Positions 1 to 15,000 of a stretch of 64,000 bases of DNA are shown in pieces. The notes beneath the pieces are model-generated. The model was given only the letters and a program-made list of their open reading frames with translations, did no database searches and had not been told where the DNA came from. A program made the position numbers and the translations under genes. Position 1 is the first letter of the stretch; each line of letters begins with the position of its first letter. Location of the stretch: contig OZ024742.1 in NCBI GenBank assembly GCA_964016885.1, forward strand, positions 1,488,001-1,552,000, given 5' to 3'. Origin of the DNA: Eledone cirrhosa. Taxonomy: Eukaryota.

Positions 1-3000
1 CTTCTGCTGTCCAGCCCTCCTCAGAGTTTCTTCTCTGGAGACCTTCTGCTGTCGAGCTTTCCTCAGAGTTTCTTCTCACAAGACCTTTTGCTGTCTAGCC
101 CTCCTCAAAGTTTCTTCTCACAAGACCTTCTGCTGTCCATCTCTCCTCAGAGTTTCTTCTCTCAAGACCTTTTGTTGTCCAGCTCTCCTCAGAGTTTCTT
201 CTCTGAAGACCTTCTGCTGACCAGCTCTCCTCAGAGTTTCTTTTCTCAAGACCTTCTGTTGTCCAGCCCTCCTCAGAGTTTCTTCTCTCAAGACCTTCTA
301 CTGTCCAGCTCTCCTCAGAGTTTCTCCTCTCAAGTCCTACTGCTGTCCAGCTCTCCTCAGAGTTTCTTCTCACAAGACCTTCTGCTGTCCAGCTCTCCTC
401 AGAGTTTCTTCTCTCAAGACCTTCTACTGTCCAGCACTCCTCAGAGTTTCTTCTCTCAAGACCTTCTGCTGTCCAGCTCTCCTCAGAGTTTCTTCTCTCA
501 AGACCTTTTGCTGTCCAGCCTTCCTCAGAGTTTCTTCTCTCAAGTCCTTCTGCTGTCCAGCTCTCCTCAGAGTTTCTCTGTCAAGACCTTCTGCTGTCCA
601 GCTCTTCTTTGAGATTCTTCTCTCAAGACCTTTTGCTGTCCAGCCCTCCTCAGAGTTTCTTCTCTCAAGTCCTTCTGCTGTCCAGCTCTCCTCAGAGTTT
701 CTTCTCTCAAGACCTTCTGCTGTCCAGCTCTCCTTAAAGTTTCCTCTCACAAGACCTTCTGCTGTCCAGCTTTCCTCAGAGTTTCTTCTCTCAAGACCTG
801 CTGTCAAGCCCTCCTCAAAGTTTCTTCTCTCAAGACCTTCTGCTGTCCAGCCCTCCTCAAAGTTTCTTCTCTCAAGACCTGCTGTCCAGCCCTCCTCAAA
901 GTTTCTTCTCTCAAGACCTTCTGCTGTCCAACTCTCCTCAGAGTTTCTCTCAAGACCTTCTGCTGTCCATCTCTCCTCAGAGTTTCTTCTCTCAAGACCT
1001 TCTGCTGTCCAGCTCTTCTTTGAGTTTCTTCTCTCAAGTCCTTCTGCTGTCCAGCTCTCCTCAGAGTTTCTTTTCTCAAGTCCTTCTGCTGTCCAGCTCT
1101 CCTCAGAGTTTCTTCTCTCAAGACCTTCTGCTGTCCAGCTTTCCTCAGAGTTTCTTTTGTCAAGTCCTTCTGCTGTCCAGCTCTCCTCAGAGTTTCTTCT
1201 CTCAAGACCTTCTGCTGTCCAGCTTTCTTCAGTGTTTCTTCTCACAAGACCTTCTGCTGTCCAGCCCTCCTCAGAGTTTCTCTCTCAAGACCTTCTGCTG
1301 TCCAGCTCTTCTCAGAGTTTCTTCTCTCAAGACCTTCTGCTGTCCAGCTCTTCTCAGAGTTTCTTCTCTCAAGACCTTCTGCTGTCCAGCTGTTCTCAGA
1401 GTTTCTTCTCTCAAGACCTTCTGCTGTCCAACTCTTCTCAGAGTTTCTTCTCTCAAGACCTGTGGTCCAGCTCTCTTCAGAGTTTCTTCTCACAATAACT
1501 TCTACTGTCCAGCTCTCCTCAGAGTTTCTTCTCTCAAGACCTTCTGCTGTCCAGCTCTCCTCAGAGTTTCTTCTCTCAAGACCTTCTGCTGTCCAGCTCT
1601 CCTTATAGTTTCTTCTCTCAAGGCCTTCTGCTGTCCAGCTCTCCTCAGGGTTTCTTCTCTGGAGACCTTCTGCTGTCCAGCCCTCCTCAGAGTTTCTCTG
1701 TCAAGACCTTCTGCTGTCCAGCTCTTCTTTGAGATTCTTCTCTCAAGACCTTTTGCTGTCCAGCCTTCCTCAGAGTTTCTTCTCACAAGACCTTCTGCTG
1801 TCCAGCTCTCCTCAGAGTTTCTTCTCTCAAGACCTGCTTCTAGCTTTCCTCAGAGTTTCTTCTCTCAAGACCTTCTGTTGTCCAGCTCTCCTCAGAGTTT
1901 CTTCTCACAATACCTTCTACCGTCCAGCTCTCCTCAGAGTTTCTTCTCACTATAACTTCTACTGTCCAGCCCTCCTCAGAGTTTCTTCTCACAATAACTT
2001 CTACTGTCCAGCCCTCCTCAGAGTTTCTTCTCACAATACCTTCTACCGTCCAGCTCTCCTCAGAGTTTCTTCTCTCAAGACCTTCTGTTGTCCAGCTCTC
2101 CTCAGAGTTTCTTCTCACAATAACTTCTACTGTCCAGCTCTCCTCAGAGTTTCTTCTCACAATAACTTCTACTGTCCAGCCCTCCTCAGAGTTTCTTCTC
2201 ACAATAACTTCTGCTGTCCAGCCCTCCTCAGAGTTTCTTCTCACAATAACTTCTACTGTCCAGCCCTCCTCAGAGTTTCTTCTCTCAAGACCTTCTGCTG
2301 TCCATCTCTCCTCATAGTTTCTTCTCTCAAGACCTTCTGCTGTCCAGCCCTCCTCAAAGTTCCTTCTCTCAAGACCTTCTGCTGTCCAGCCCTCCTCAAA
2401 GTTTCTTCTCTCAAGACCTTCTGCTGTCCAGCTCTCCTCAGAGTTTCTTCTCACAAGACCTTCTGCTGTCCAGCCCTCCTCAGAATTTCTTCTCTCAAGA
2501 CCTTCTGCTGTCCAGCCCTCCTCAAAGTTTCTTCTCACAAGACCTGCTGTCCAGCCCTCCTCAAAGTTTCTTCTCTCAAGACCTTCTGCTGTCCAGCTCT
2601 CCTCAGAGTGTCTTCTCTCAAGACCTTCTGCTGTCCAGCTCTCCTCAGAGTTTCTTCTCTCAAGACCTTCTGCTGTCCAGCTCTCCTCAGAGTTTCTCTC
2701 TCAAGACCTTCTGTTGTCCAGCTCTTCTCAGAGTTTCTTCTCTCAAGACCTTCTGCTGTCTAGCCCTCCTCAAAGTTTCTTCTCTCAAGACCTTCTGCTG
2801 TCCAGCCCTCATCAAAGTTTCTTCTCTCAAGACCTTCTGCTGTCCAACTCTCCTCAGAGTTTCTTCTCACAAGACCTTCTGCTGTCCAGCCCTCCTCAGA
2901 GTTTCTTCTCTCAAGACCTTCTGCTATCTAGCCCTCCTCAAAGTTTCTTCTCACAAGACCTGCTGTCCAGCCCTCCTCAAAGTTTCTTCTCTCAAGACCT

Positions 3001-6000
3001 TCTGCTGTCTAGCCCTCCTCAAAGTTTCTTCTCTCAAGACCTTCTGCTGTCCAGCCCTCCTCAAAGTTTCTTCTCTCAAGACCTGCTGTCCAGCTCTCCT
3101 CAGAGTTTCTTCTCACAAGACCTTCTGCTGTCCAGCTCTCCTCAGAGTTTCTTCTCTCAAGACCTTCTGCTGTCCAGCTCTCCTCAGAGTTTCTTCTCTC
3201 AAGACCTTCTTCTGTCCAGCTCTCCTCATAGTTTCTTCTCTCAAGACCTTCTGCTGTCCAGCTCTCCTCAGAGTTTCTTCTCACAAGACCTTCTGCTGTC
3301 CAGCTTTCCTCAGAGTTTCTTCTCACAAGACCTTCTGCTGTCCAGCTTTCCTCAGTGTTTCTTCTCTCAAGACCATCTGCTGTCCGGCTCTCCCCAGAGT
3401 TTCTTCTCTCAAGACCTTCTGCTGTCCGGCTCTTCTCAGAGTTTCTTCTCTCAAGACCTTCTGCTGTCCGGCTCTCCTCAGAGTTTCTTCTCTCAAGACC
3501 TTCTGCTGTCCAGCCTCCTCAAAGTTTCTTCTCTCAAGACCTTCTGCTGTCCAACTCTCCTCAGAGTTTCTTCTCTCAAGACCTTCTGCTTTCCAGCTCT
3601 CCTCAGAGTTTCTTCTCTCAAGACCTTCTGCTGTCCAGCTCTCCTCAGAGTTTCTTCTCTCAAGACCTTCTGCTGTCCAGCCTCCTCAAAGTTTCTTCTC
3701 TCAAGACCTTCTGCTGTCCAACTCTCCTCAGAGTTTCTTCTCTCAAGACCTGCTGTCCAGCTCTCCTCAGAGTTTCTTCTCTCAAGACCTTCTGCTGTCC
3801 AGCTCTCCTTATAGTTTCTTCTCTCAAGACCTTCTGCTGTCCAGCTCTCCTCAGAGTTTCTTCTCTCAAGACCTTCTGCTGTCCGACCCTCCTCAGAGTT
3901 TCTTCTCTCAAGACCTTCTGCTGTCCAGCTCTCCTCAGAGTTTCTTCTCTCAAGACCTTCTGCTGTCCAGCCCTCCTCAGAGTTTCTTCTCTCAGACCTT
4001 CTGCTGTCCATCTCTCCTTTGAGTTTCTTCTCTCAAGACCTTCTGCTGTCCAGCTGTCCTCAGAGTTTCTTCTCTCAGACCTTCTACTGTCAAGCTCTCC
4101 TTTGAAGTTTCTTCTCTCAAGACCTTCTGCTGTGCAGCACTCCTCAGAGTTTCTTCTCTCAAGACCTTCTGTTGTCCAGCTCTCCTCAGAGTATCTTCTC
4201 ACAATACCTTCTACTGTCCAGCACTCCTCAGAGTTTCTTCTCTCAAGACCTTCTGTTGTCCAGCTCTCCTCAGATTTTCTTCTCTGGAGACCTTCTGCTG
4301 TCCAGCTTTCCTCAGAGTTTCTTCTCACGAGACCTTCTGCTGTCCAGCTCTCCTCAGAGTTTCTTCTCTCAAGACCTTCTGCTGTCTAGCCCTCCTCAAA
4401 GTTTCTTCTCTCAAGACCTTCTGCTGTCCAGCCCTCCTCATAGTTTCTTCTCTGGAGACCTTCTGCTGTCCAGCTTTCCTCAGAGTTTCTTCTCACAAGA
4501 CCTTCTGCTGTCCAGCTGTCCTCAGAGTTTCTCTCTCAAGACCTTCTGTTGTACAGCTCTTCTCAGAGTTTCTTCTCTCAAGACCTTCTGCTGTCCAGCC
4601 CTTTTCAAAGTTTCTTCTCTCAAGACCTTCTGCTGTCCAGCCCTCCTCAAAGTTTCTTCTCTCAAGACCTTCTGCTGTCCAGCACTCCTCAGAGTTTCTT
4701 CTCACAAGACCTTCTACCGTCCAGCTCTCCTCAGAGTTTCTTCTCACAAGACCTTCTGCTGTCCAGCTCTCGTCATAGTTTCTTCTCTCAAGACCTTCTG
4801 CTGTCCAGCTCTCCTCAGAGTTTCTTGTCTGGAGACCTTCTGCTGTCCAGCTTTCCTCAGAGTTTCTTCTCTCAAGACCTTCTGTTGTCCAGTTCTCCTC
4901 AGAGTTTCTTCTCACAATACCTTCTACCGTCCAGCTCTCCTCAGAGTTTCTTCTCACAGGACCTTCTGCTGTCCAGCTCTCCTCAGAGTTTCTTCTCTCA
5001 AGACCTTCTGCTGTCCAGCTCTCCTCAGAGTTTCTCTCTCAAGACCTTCTGTTGTCCACCTCTTCTCAGAGTTTCTTCTCTCAAGACCTTCTGCTGTCTA
5101 GCCCTCCTCAAAGTTTCTTCTCTCAAGACCTTCTGCTGTCCAGCCCTCCTCAAAGTTTCTTCTCTCAAGACCTTCTGCTGTCTAGCCCTCCTCAAAGTTT
5201 CTTCTCACAAGACCTTCTGCTGTCCAACTCTCCTCAGAGTTTCTTCTCACAAGACCTTCTGCTGTCTAGCCCTCCTCAGAGTTTCTTCTCTCAAGACCTT
5301 CTGCTGTCCATCTCTCCTCATAGTTTCTTCTCTCAAGACCTACTGCTGTCCATCTCTCCTCATAGTTTCTTCTCTCAAGACCTTCTGCTGTCCAGCCCTC
5401 CTCAAAGATCCTCCTCTCAAGACCTTCTGCTGTCCAGCTCTCCTCAGAGTTTCTTCTCACAAGACCTTCTGCTGTCCAGCCCTCCTCAGAATTTCTTCTC
5501 TCAAGACCTTTTGCTGTCCAGCCCTCCTCAAAGTTTCTTCTCACATGACATGCTGTCCGGCTCTCCTCAGAGTTTCTTCTCTCAAGACCTTCTGCTGTCC
5601 AGCTCTCCTCAGAGTTTCTCTCTCAAGACCTTCTGTTGTCCAGCTCTCCTCAGAGTTTCTTCTCACAGGACCTTCTGCTGTCCAGCTCTCCTCAGAGTTT
5701 CTTCTCTCAAGACCTTCTGCTGTCCAGCTCTCCTCAGAGTTTCTCTCTCAAGACCTTCTGTTGTCCAGCTCTCCTCAGAGTTTCTTCTCACGAGACCTTC
5801 TACCGTCCAGCTCTCCTCAGAGTTTCTTCTCTCAAGACCTTCTGCTGTCTAGCCCTCCTCAAAGTTTCTTCTCTCAAGACCTTCTGCTGTCCAGCCCTCC
5901 TCAGAGTTTCTTCTCACAATAACTTCTACTGTCCAGCCCTCCTCAGAGTTTCTTCTCTCAAGACCTACTGCTGTCCATCTCTCCTCATAGTTTCTTCTCT

Positions 6001-9000
6001 CAAGACCTTCTGCTGTCCATCTCTCCTCAGAGTTTCTTCTCTCAGACCTTCTGCTGTCCAGCCCTCCTCAAAGTTCCTCCTCTCAAGACCTTCTGCTGTC
6101 CAGCCCTCCTCAAAGTTTCTTCTCACAAGACCTTCTGCTGTCCAGCCCTCCTCAGAATTTCTTCTCTCAAAACCTTTTGCTGTCCAGCCCTCCTCAAAGT
6201 TTCTTCTCACAAGACCTGCTGTCCAGCTCTTCTCAGAGTGTCTTCTCTCAAGACCTTCTGCTGTCCAGCTCTCCTCAAAGTTTCTTCTCTCAAGACCTTC
6301 TGCTGTCCAGCTCTTCTCAGAGTTTCTTCTCTCAAGACCTTCTGCTGTCCAGCTCTTCTCAGAGTTTCTTCTCTCAAGACCTTCTGCTGTCTAGCCCTCC
6401 TCAAAGTTTCTTCCCTCAAGACCTTCTGCTGTCCAGCCCTCCTCAAAGTTTCTTCTCTCAAGACCTTCTGTTGTCCAGTTCTCCTCAGAGTTTCTTCTCA
6501 CAATACCTTCTACCGTCCAGCTCTCCTCAGAGTTTCTTCTCACAGGACCTTCTGCTGTCCAGCTCTCCTCAGAGTTTCTTCTCTCAAGACCTTCTGCTGT
6601 CCAGCTCTCCTCAGAGTTTCTCTCTCAAGACCTTCTGTTGTCCACCTCTTCTCAGAGTTTCTTCTCTCAAGACCTTCTGCTGTCTAGCCCTCCTCAAAGT
6701 TTCTTCTCACAAGACCTTCTGCTGTCCAACTCTCCTCAGAGTTTCTTCTCACAAGACCTTCTGCTGTCTAGCCCTCCTCAGAGTTTCTTCTCTCAAGACC
6801 TTCTGCTGTCCATGTCTCCTCATAGTTTCTTCTCTCAAGACCTACTGCTGTCCATCTCTCCTCATAGTTTCTTCTCTCAAGACCTTCTGCTGTCCAGCCC
6901 TCCTCAAAGATCCTCCTCTCAAGACCTTCTGCTGTCCATGTCTCCTCATAGTTTCTTCTCTCAAGACCTACTGCTGTCCATCTCTCCTCATAGTTTCTTC
7001 TCACAAGACCTTCTGCTGTCCAGCCCTCCTCAGAATTTCTTCTCTCAAGACCTTTTGCTGTCCAGCCCTCCTCAAAGTTTCTTCTCACATGACATGCTGT
7101 CCAGCCTCTTCAGAGTTTCTTCTCTGGAGACCTTCTGCTGTCCAGCTTTCCTCAGAGTTTCTTCTCTCAAGACCTTCTGCTGTCCAGCTCTCCTCAGAGT
7201 TTCTCTCTCAAGACCTTCTGTTGTCCAGCTCTCCTCAGAGTTTCTTCTCACAGGACCTTCTGCTGTCCAGCTCTCCTCAGAGTTTCTTCTCTCAAGACCT
7301 TCTGCTGTCCAGCTCTCCTCAGAGTTTCTCTCTCAAGACCTTCTGTTGTCCAGCTCTCCTCAGAGTTTCTTCTCACGAGACCTTCTACCGTCCAGCCCTC
7401 CTCAAAGTTTCTTCTCTCAAGACCTTCTGCTGTCCAGCCCTGCTCAGAGTTTCTTCTCACAATAACTTCTACTGTCCAGCCCTCCTCAGAGTTTCTTCTC
7501 TCAAGACCTTCTGCTGTCCATCTCTCCTCATAGTTTCTTCTCTCAAGACCTACTGCTGTCCATCTCTCCTCATAGTTTCTTCTCTCAAGACCTTCTGCTG
7601 TCCATCTCTCCTCAGAGTTTCTTCTCTCAGACCTTCTGCTGTCCAGCCCTCCTCAAAGTTCCTCCTCTCAAGACCTTCTGCTGTCCAGCCCTCCTCAAAG
7701 TTTCTTCTCACAAGACCTTCTGCTGTCCAGCCCTCCTCAGAATTTCTTCTCTCAAGACCTTTTGCTGTCCAGCCCTCCTCAAAGTTTCTTCTCACAAGAC
7801 CTGCTGTCCAGCTCTTCTCAGAGTGTCTTCTCTCAAGACCTTCTGCTGTCCAGCTCTCCTCAAAGTTTCTTCTCTCAAGACCTTCTGCTGTCCAGCTCTT
7901 CTCAGAGTTTCTTCTCTCAAGACCTTCTGCTGTCCAGCTCTTCTCAGAGTTTCTTCTCTCAAGACCTTCTGCTGTCTAGCCCTCCTCAAAGTTTCTTCCC
8001 TCAAGACCTTCTGCTGTCCAGCCCTCCTCAAAGTTTCTTCTCTCAAGACCTTCTGCTGTCCAACTCTCCTCAGAGTTTCTTCTCACAATACCTTCTACCG
8101 TCCAGCTCTCCTCAGAGTTTCTTCTCACTATAACTTCTACTGTCCAGCCCTCCTCAGAGTTTCTTCTCTCAAGACCTTCTGCTGTCTAGCCCTCCTCAAA
8201 GTTCCTTCTCACAAGACCTTCTGCTGTCCAGCCCTCCTCAAACTTTCTTCTCTCAAGACCTTCTGCTGTCCAGCTCTCCTCAGAGTTTCTTCTCACAAGA
8301 CCTTCTGCTGTCCAGCTCTCCTCAGAGTTTCTTCTCTCAAGACCTTCTTCTGTCCAGCTCTCCTCATAGTTTCTTCTCTCAAGACCTTCTGCTGTCCAGC
8401 CCTCCTCAGAGTTTCTTCTCTGGAGACCTTCTGCTGTCCAGCTTTCCTCAGAGTTTCTTCTCTCAAGACCTTCTGTTGTCCAGCTCTTCTCAGAGTTTCT
8501 TCTGACAATACCTTCTACCGTCCAGCTCTCCTCAGAGTTTCTTCTCACAAGACCTTCTGCTGTCCAGCTCTCCTCAGAGTTTCTTCTCTCAAGACCTGCT
8601 TCCAGCTTTCCTCAGAGTTTCTTCTCACTATAACTTCTACTGTCCAGCCCTCCTCAGAGTTTCTTCTCTCAAGACCTTCTGCTGTCCATCTCGCCTCATA
8701 GTTTCTTCTCTCAAGACCTTCTGCTGTCCATCTCTCCTCATAGTTTCTTCTCTCAAGACCTTCTGCTGTCCAGCCCTCCTCAGAGTTTCTTCTCTCAAGA
8801 CCTTCTGCTGTCCAGCTCTCCTCAGAGTTTCTTCTCACTATAACTTCTACTGTCCAGCCCTCCTCAGAGTTTCTTCTCTCAAGACCTTCTGCTGTCCATC
8901 TCTCCTCATAGTTTCTTCTCTCAAGACCTTCTGCTGTCCATCTCTCCTCATAGTTTCTTCTCTCAAGACCTTCTGCTGTCCAGCCCTCCTCAGAGTTTCT

Positions 9001-12000
9001 TCTCTCAAGACCTTCTGCTGTCCAGCCCTCCTCAGAATTTCTTCTCTCAAGACCTTTTGCTGTCCAGCCCTCCTCAAAGTTTCTTCTCACAAGACCTGCT
9101 GTCCAGCTCTTCTCAGAGTGTCTTCTCTCAAGACCTTCTGCTGTCCAGCTCTCCTCAAAGTTTCTTCTCTCAAGACCTTCTGCTGTCCAGCTCTTCTCAG
9201 AGTTTCTTCTCTCAAGACCTTCTGCTGTCCAGCTCTTCTCAGAGTTTCTTCTCTCAAGACCTTCTGCTGTCTAGCCCTCCTCATAGTTTCTTCTCTCAAG
9301 ACCTTCTGCTGTCCATCTCTCCTCATAGTTTCTTCTCTCAAGACCTTCTGCTGTCCAGCCCTCCTCAGAGTTTCTTCTCTCAAGACCTTCTGCTGTCCAT
9401 CTCTCCTCATAGTTTCTTCTCTCAAGACCTTCTGCTGTCCAGCCCTCCTCAGAGTTTCTTCTCACAAGACCTTCTGCTGTCCAGCTCTCCTCAGAGTTTC
9501 TTCTCACAAGACCTTCTGCTGTCCAGCCCTCCTCAGAATTTCTTCTCTCAAGACCTTCTGCTGTCCAGCCCTCCTCAAAGTTTCTTCTCACAAGACCTGC
9601 TGTCCAGCCCTCCTCAAAGTTTCTTCTCTCAAGACCTACTGCTGTCCATCTCTCCTCATAGTTTCTTCTCTCAAGACCTTCTGCTGTCCATCTCTCCTCA
9701 GAGTTTCTTCTCTCAGACCTTCTGCTGTCCAGCCCTCCTCAAAGTTCCTCCTCTCAAGACCTTCTGCTGTCCAGCCCTCCTCAAAGTTTCTTCTCACAAG
9801 ACCTGCTGTCCAGCCCTCCTCATAATTTCTTCTCTCAAGACCTTTTGCTGTCCAGCCCTCCTCAAAGTTTCTTCTCACAAGACCTGCTGTCCAGCTCTTC
9901 TCAGAGTGTCTTCTCTCAAGACCTTCTGCTGTCCAGCTCTCCTCAAAGTTTCTTCTCTCAAGACCTTCTGCTGTCCAGCTCTTCTCAGAGTTTCTTCTCT
10001 CAAGACCTTCTGCTGTCCATCTCTTCTCAGAGTTTCTTCTCTCAAGACCTTCTGCTGTCTAGCCCTCCTCAAAGTTTCTTCCCTCAAGACCTTCTGCTGT
10101 CCAGCCCTCCTCAAAGTTTCTTCTCTCAAGACCTTCTGCTGTCCAACTCTCCTCAGAGTTTCTTCTCACAATACCTTCTACCGTCCAGCTCTCCTCAGAG
10201 TTTCTTCTCACTATAACTGCTACTGTCCAGCCCTCCTCAGAGTTTCTTCTCTCAAGACCTTCTGCTGTCTAGCCCTCCTCAAAGTTCCTTCTCACAAGAC
10301 CTTCTGCTGTCCAGCTCTCCTCAGAGTTTCTTCTCTCAAGACCTTCTTCTGTCCAGCTCTCCTCGTAGTTTCTTCTCTCAAGACCTTCTGCTGTCCAGCT
10401 CTCCTCAGAGTTTCTTCTCTGGAGACCTTCTGCTGTCCAGCTTTCCTCAGAGTTTCTTCTCTCAAGACCTTCTGTTGTCCAGCTCTTCTCAGAGTTTCTT
10501 CTGACAATACCTTCTACCGTCCAGCTCTCCTCAGAGTTTCTTCTCACAAGACCTTCTGCTGTCCAGCCCTCCTCAGAGTTTCTTCTCTCAAGACCTTCTG
10601 CTGTCCATCTCGCCTCATAGTTTCTTCTCTCAAGACCTTCTGCTGTCCATCTCTCCTCATAGTTTCTTCTCTCAAGACCTTCTGCTGTCCAGCCCTCCTC
10701 AGAGTTTCTTCTCTCAAGACCTTCTGCTGTCCAGCTCTCCTCAGAGTTTCTTCTCACTATAACTTCTACTGTCCAGCCCTCCTCAGAGTTTCTTCTCTCA
10801 AGACCTTCTGCTGTCCATCTCTCCTCATAGTTTCTTCTCTCAAGACCTTCTGCTGTCCATCTCTCCTCATAGTTTCTTCTCTCAAGACCTTCTGCTGTCC
10901 AGCCCTCCTCAGAGTTTCTTCTCACAAGACCTTCTGCTGTCCAGCTCTCCTCAGAGTTTCTTCTCACAAGACCTTCTGCTGTCCAGCCCTCCTCAGAATT
11001 TCTTCTCTCAAAACCTTCTGCTGTCCAGCCCTCCTCAAAGTTTCTTCTCACAAGACCTGCTGTCCAGCCCTCCTCAAAGTTTCTTCTCTCAAGACCTACT
11101 GCTGTCCATCTCTCCTCATAGTTTCTTCTCTCAAGACCTTCTGCTGTCCATCTCTCCTCAGAGTTTCTTCTCTCAGACCTTCTGCTGTCCAGCCCTCCTC
11201 AAAGTTCCTCCTCTCAAGACCTTCTGCTGTCCAGCCATCCTCAAAGTTTCTTCTCACAAGACCTGCTGTCCAGCCCTCCTCAGAATTTCTTCTCTCAAGA
11301 CCTTTTGCTGTCCAGCCCTCCTCAAAGTTTCTTCTCACAAGACCTGCTGTCCAGCTCTTCTCAGAGTGTCTTCTCTCAAGACCTTCTGCTGTCCAGCTCT
11401 CCTCAAAGTTTCTTCTCTCAAGACCTTCTGCTGTCCAGCTCTTCTCAGAGTTTCTTCTCTCAAGACCTTCTGCTGTCCAGCTCTTCTCAGAGTTTCTTCT
11501 CTCAAGACCTTCTGCTGTCTAGCCCTCCTCATAGTTTCTTCTCTCAAGACCTTCTGCTGTCCATCTCTCCTCATAGTTTCTTCTCTCAAGACCTTCTGCT
11601 GTCCAGCCCTCCTCAGAGTTTCTTCTCTCAAGACCTTCTGCTGTCCATCTCTCCTCATAGTTTCTTCTCTCAAGACCTTCTGCTGTCCAGCCCTCCTCAG
11701 AGTTTCTTCTCACAAGACCTTCTGCTGTCCAGCTCTCCTCAGAGTTTCTTCTCACAAGACCTTCTGCTGTCCAGCCCTCCTCAGAATTTCTTCTCTCAAG
11801 ACCTTCTGCTGTCCAGCCCTCCTCAAAGTTTCTTCTCACAAGACCTGCTGTCCAGCCCTCCTCAAAGTTTCTTCTCTCAAGACCTACTGCTGTCCATCTC
11901 TCCTCATAGTTTCTTCTCTCAAGACCTTCTGCTGTCCATCTCTCCTCAGAGTTTCTTCTCTCAGACCTTCTGCTGTCCAGCCCTCCTCAAAGTTCCTCCT

Positions 12001-15000
12001 CTCAAGACCTTCTGCTGTCCAGCCCTCCTCAAAGTTTCTTCTCACAAGACCTGCTGTCCAGCCCTCCTCATAATTTCTTCTCTCAAGACCTTTTGCTGTC
12101 CAGCCCTCCTCAAAGTTTCTTCTCACAAGACCTGCTGTCCAGCTCTTCTCAGAGTGTCTTCTCTCAAGACCTTCTGCTGTCCAGCTCTCCTCAAAGTTTC
12201 TTCTCTCAAGACCTTCTGCTGTCCAGCTCTTCTCAGAGTTTCTTCTCTCAAGACCTTCTGCTGTCCAGCTCTTCTCAGAGTTTCTTCTCTCAAGACCTTC
12301 TGCTGTCCAGCCCTCCTCAAAGTGTCTTCTCTCAAGACCTTCTGCTGTCCAACTCTCCTCAGAGTTTCTTCTCACAATACCTTCTACCGTCCAGCTCTCC
12401 TCAGAGTTTCTTCTCACTATAACTTCTACTGTCCAGCCCTCCTCAGAGTTTCTTCTCTCAAGACCTTCTGCTGTCTAGCCCTCCTCAAAGTTCCTTCTCA
12501 CAAGACCTTCTGCTGTCCAGCCTTCCTCAAACTTTCTTCTCTCAAGACCTTCTGCTGTCCAGCTCTCCTCAGAGTTTCTTCTCACAAGACCTTCTGCTGT
12601 CCAGCTCTCCTCAGAGTTTCTTCTCTCAAGACCTTCTTCTGTCCAGCTCTCCTCATAGTTTCTTCTCTCAAGACCTTCTGCTGTCCAGCTCTCCTCAGAG
12701 TTTCTTCTCTGGAGACCTTCTGCTGTCCAGCTTTCCTCAGAGTTTCTTCTCTCAAGACCTTCTGTTGTCCAGCTCTTCTCAGAGTTTCTTCTGACAATAC
12801 CTTCTACCGTCCAGCTCTCCTCAGAGTTTCTTCTCACAAGACCTTCTGCTGTCCAGCTCTCCTCAGAGTTTCTTCTCTCAAGACCTGCTTCCAGCTTTCC
12901 TCAGAGTTTCTTCTCTCAAGACCTTCTGTTGTCCAGCTCTCCTCAGAGTTTCTTCTCACAATACCTTCTACCGTCCAGCTCTCCTCAGAGTTTCTTCTCA
13001 CTATAACTTCTACTGTCCAGCCCTCCTCAGAGTTTCTTCTCTCAAGACCTTCTGCTGTCCATCTCGCCTCATAGTTTCTTCTCTCAAGACCTTCTGCTGT
13101 CCATCTCTCCTCATAGTTTCTTCTCTCAAGACCTTCTGCTGTCCAGCCCTCCTCAGAGTTTCTTCTCTCAAGACCTTCTGCTGTCCAGCTCTCCTCAGAG
13201 TTTCTTCTCACTATAACTTCTACTGTCCAGCCCTCCTCATAGTTTCTTCTCTCAAGACCTTCTGCTGTCCATCTCTCCTCATAGTTTCTTCTCTCAAGAC
13301 CTTCTGCTGTCCATCTCTCCTCATAGTTTCTTCTCTCAAGACCTTCTGCTGTCCAGCCCTCCTCAGAGTTTCTTCTCACAAGACCTTCTGCTGTCCAGCC
13401 CTCCTCAGAATTTCTTCTCTCAAGACCTTCTGCTGTCCAGCCCTCCTCAAAGTTTCTTCTCACAAGACCTGCTGTCCAGCCCTCCTCAAAGTTTCTTCTC
13501 TCAAGACCTTCTGCTGTCCAGCTCTCCTCAGAGTGTCTTCTCTCAAGACCTTCTGCTGTCCAGCTCTCCTCAGAGTGTCTTCTCTCAAGACCTTCTGCTG
13601 TCCAGCTCTCCTCAGAGTTTCTTCTCTCAAGACCTTCTGCTGTCCAGCTCTCCTCAGAGTTTCTCTCTCAAGACCTTCTGTTGTCCAGCTCTTCTCAGAG
13701 TTTCTTCTCTCAAGACCTTCTGCTGTCTAGCCCTCCTCAAAGTTTCTTCTCTCAAGACCTTCTGCTGTCCAACTCTCCTCAGAGTTTCTTCTCACAAGAC
13801 CTTCTGCTGTCCAGCCCTCCTCAGAGTTTCTTCTCTCAAGACCTTCTGCTGTCTAGCCCTCCTCAAAGTTTCTTCTCACAAGACCTTCTGCTGTCCAGCC
13901 CTCCTCAAAGTTTCTTCTCTCAAGACCTTCTGCTGTCCAGCCCTCCTCAGAGTTTCTTCTCACAAGACCTTCTGCTGTCCAGCTCTCCTCAGAGTTTCTT
14001 CTCTCAAGACCTTCTTCTGTCCAGCTCTCCTCATAGTTTCTTCTCTCAAGACCTTCTGCTGTCCAGCTCTCCTCAGAGTTTCTTCTCTGTAGACCTTCTG
14101 CTGTCCAGCTTTCCTCAGAGTTTCTTCTCTCAAGACCTCCTGTTGTCCAGCTCTCCTCAGAGTTTCTTCTCACAATACCTTCTACCGTCCAGCTCTCCTC
14201 AGAGTTTCTTCTCACAAGACCTTTTGCTGTCCAGCTCTCCTCAGAGTTTCTTCTCTCAAGACCTGCTTCCAGCTTTCCTCAGAGTTTCTTCTCTCAAGAC
14301 CTTCTGTTGTCCAGCTCTCCTCAGAGTTTCTTCTCACAATACCTTCTACCGTCCAGCTTTCCTCAGAGTTTCTTCTCTCAAGACCTTCTGTTGTCCAGCT
14401 CTCCTCAGAGTTTCTTCTCAATAACTTCTACTGTCCAGCCCTCCTCAGAGTTTCTTCTCTCAAGACCTTCTGCTGTCCATCTCTCCTCATAGTTTCTTCT
14501 CTCAAGACCTTCTGCTGTCGATCTCTCCTCAGATTTCTTCTCTCAAGACCTTCTGCTGTCCATCTCTCCTCATAGTTTCTTCTCTCAAGACCTTCTACTG
14601 TCCAGCCCTCCTCAGAGTTTCTTCTCTCAAGACCTTCTGCTGTCCATCTCTCCTCATAGTTTCTTCTCTCAAGACCTTCTGCTGTCCATCTCGCCTCATA
14701 GTTTCTTCTCTCAAGACCTTCTGCTGTCCATCTCTCCTCATAGTTTCTTCTCTCAAGACCTTCTGCTGTCCAGCCCTCCTCAGAGTTTCTTCTCTCAAGA
14801 CCTTCTGCTGTCCAGCTCTCCTCAGAGTTTCTTCTCACTATAACTTCTACTGTCCAGCCCTCCTCAGAGTTTCTTCTCTCAAGACCTTCTGCTGTCCATC
14901 TCTCCTCATAGTTTCTTCTCTCAAGACCTTCTGCTGTCCATCTCTCCTCATAGTTTCTTCTCTCAAGACCTTCTGCTGTCCAGCCCTCCTCAGAGTTTCT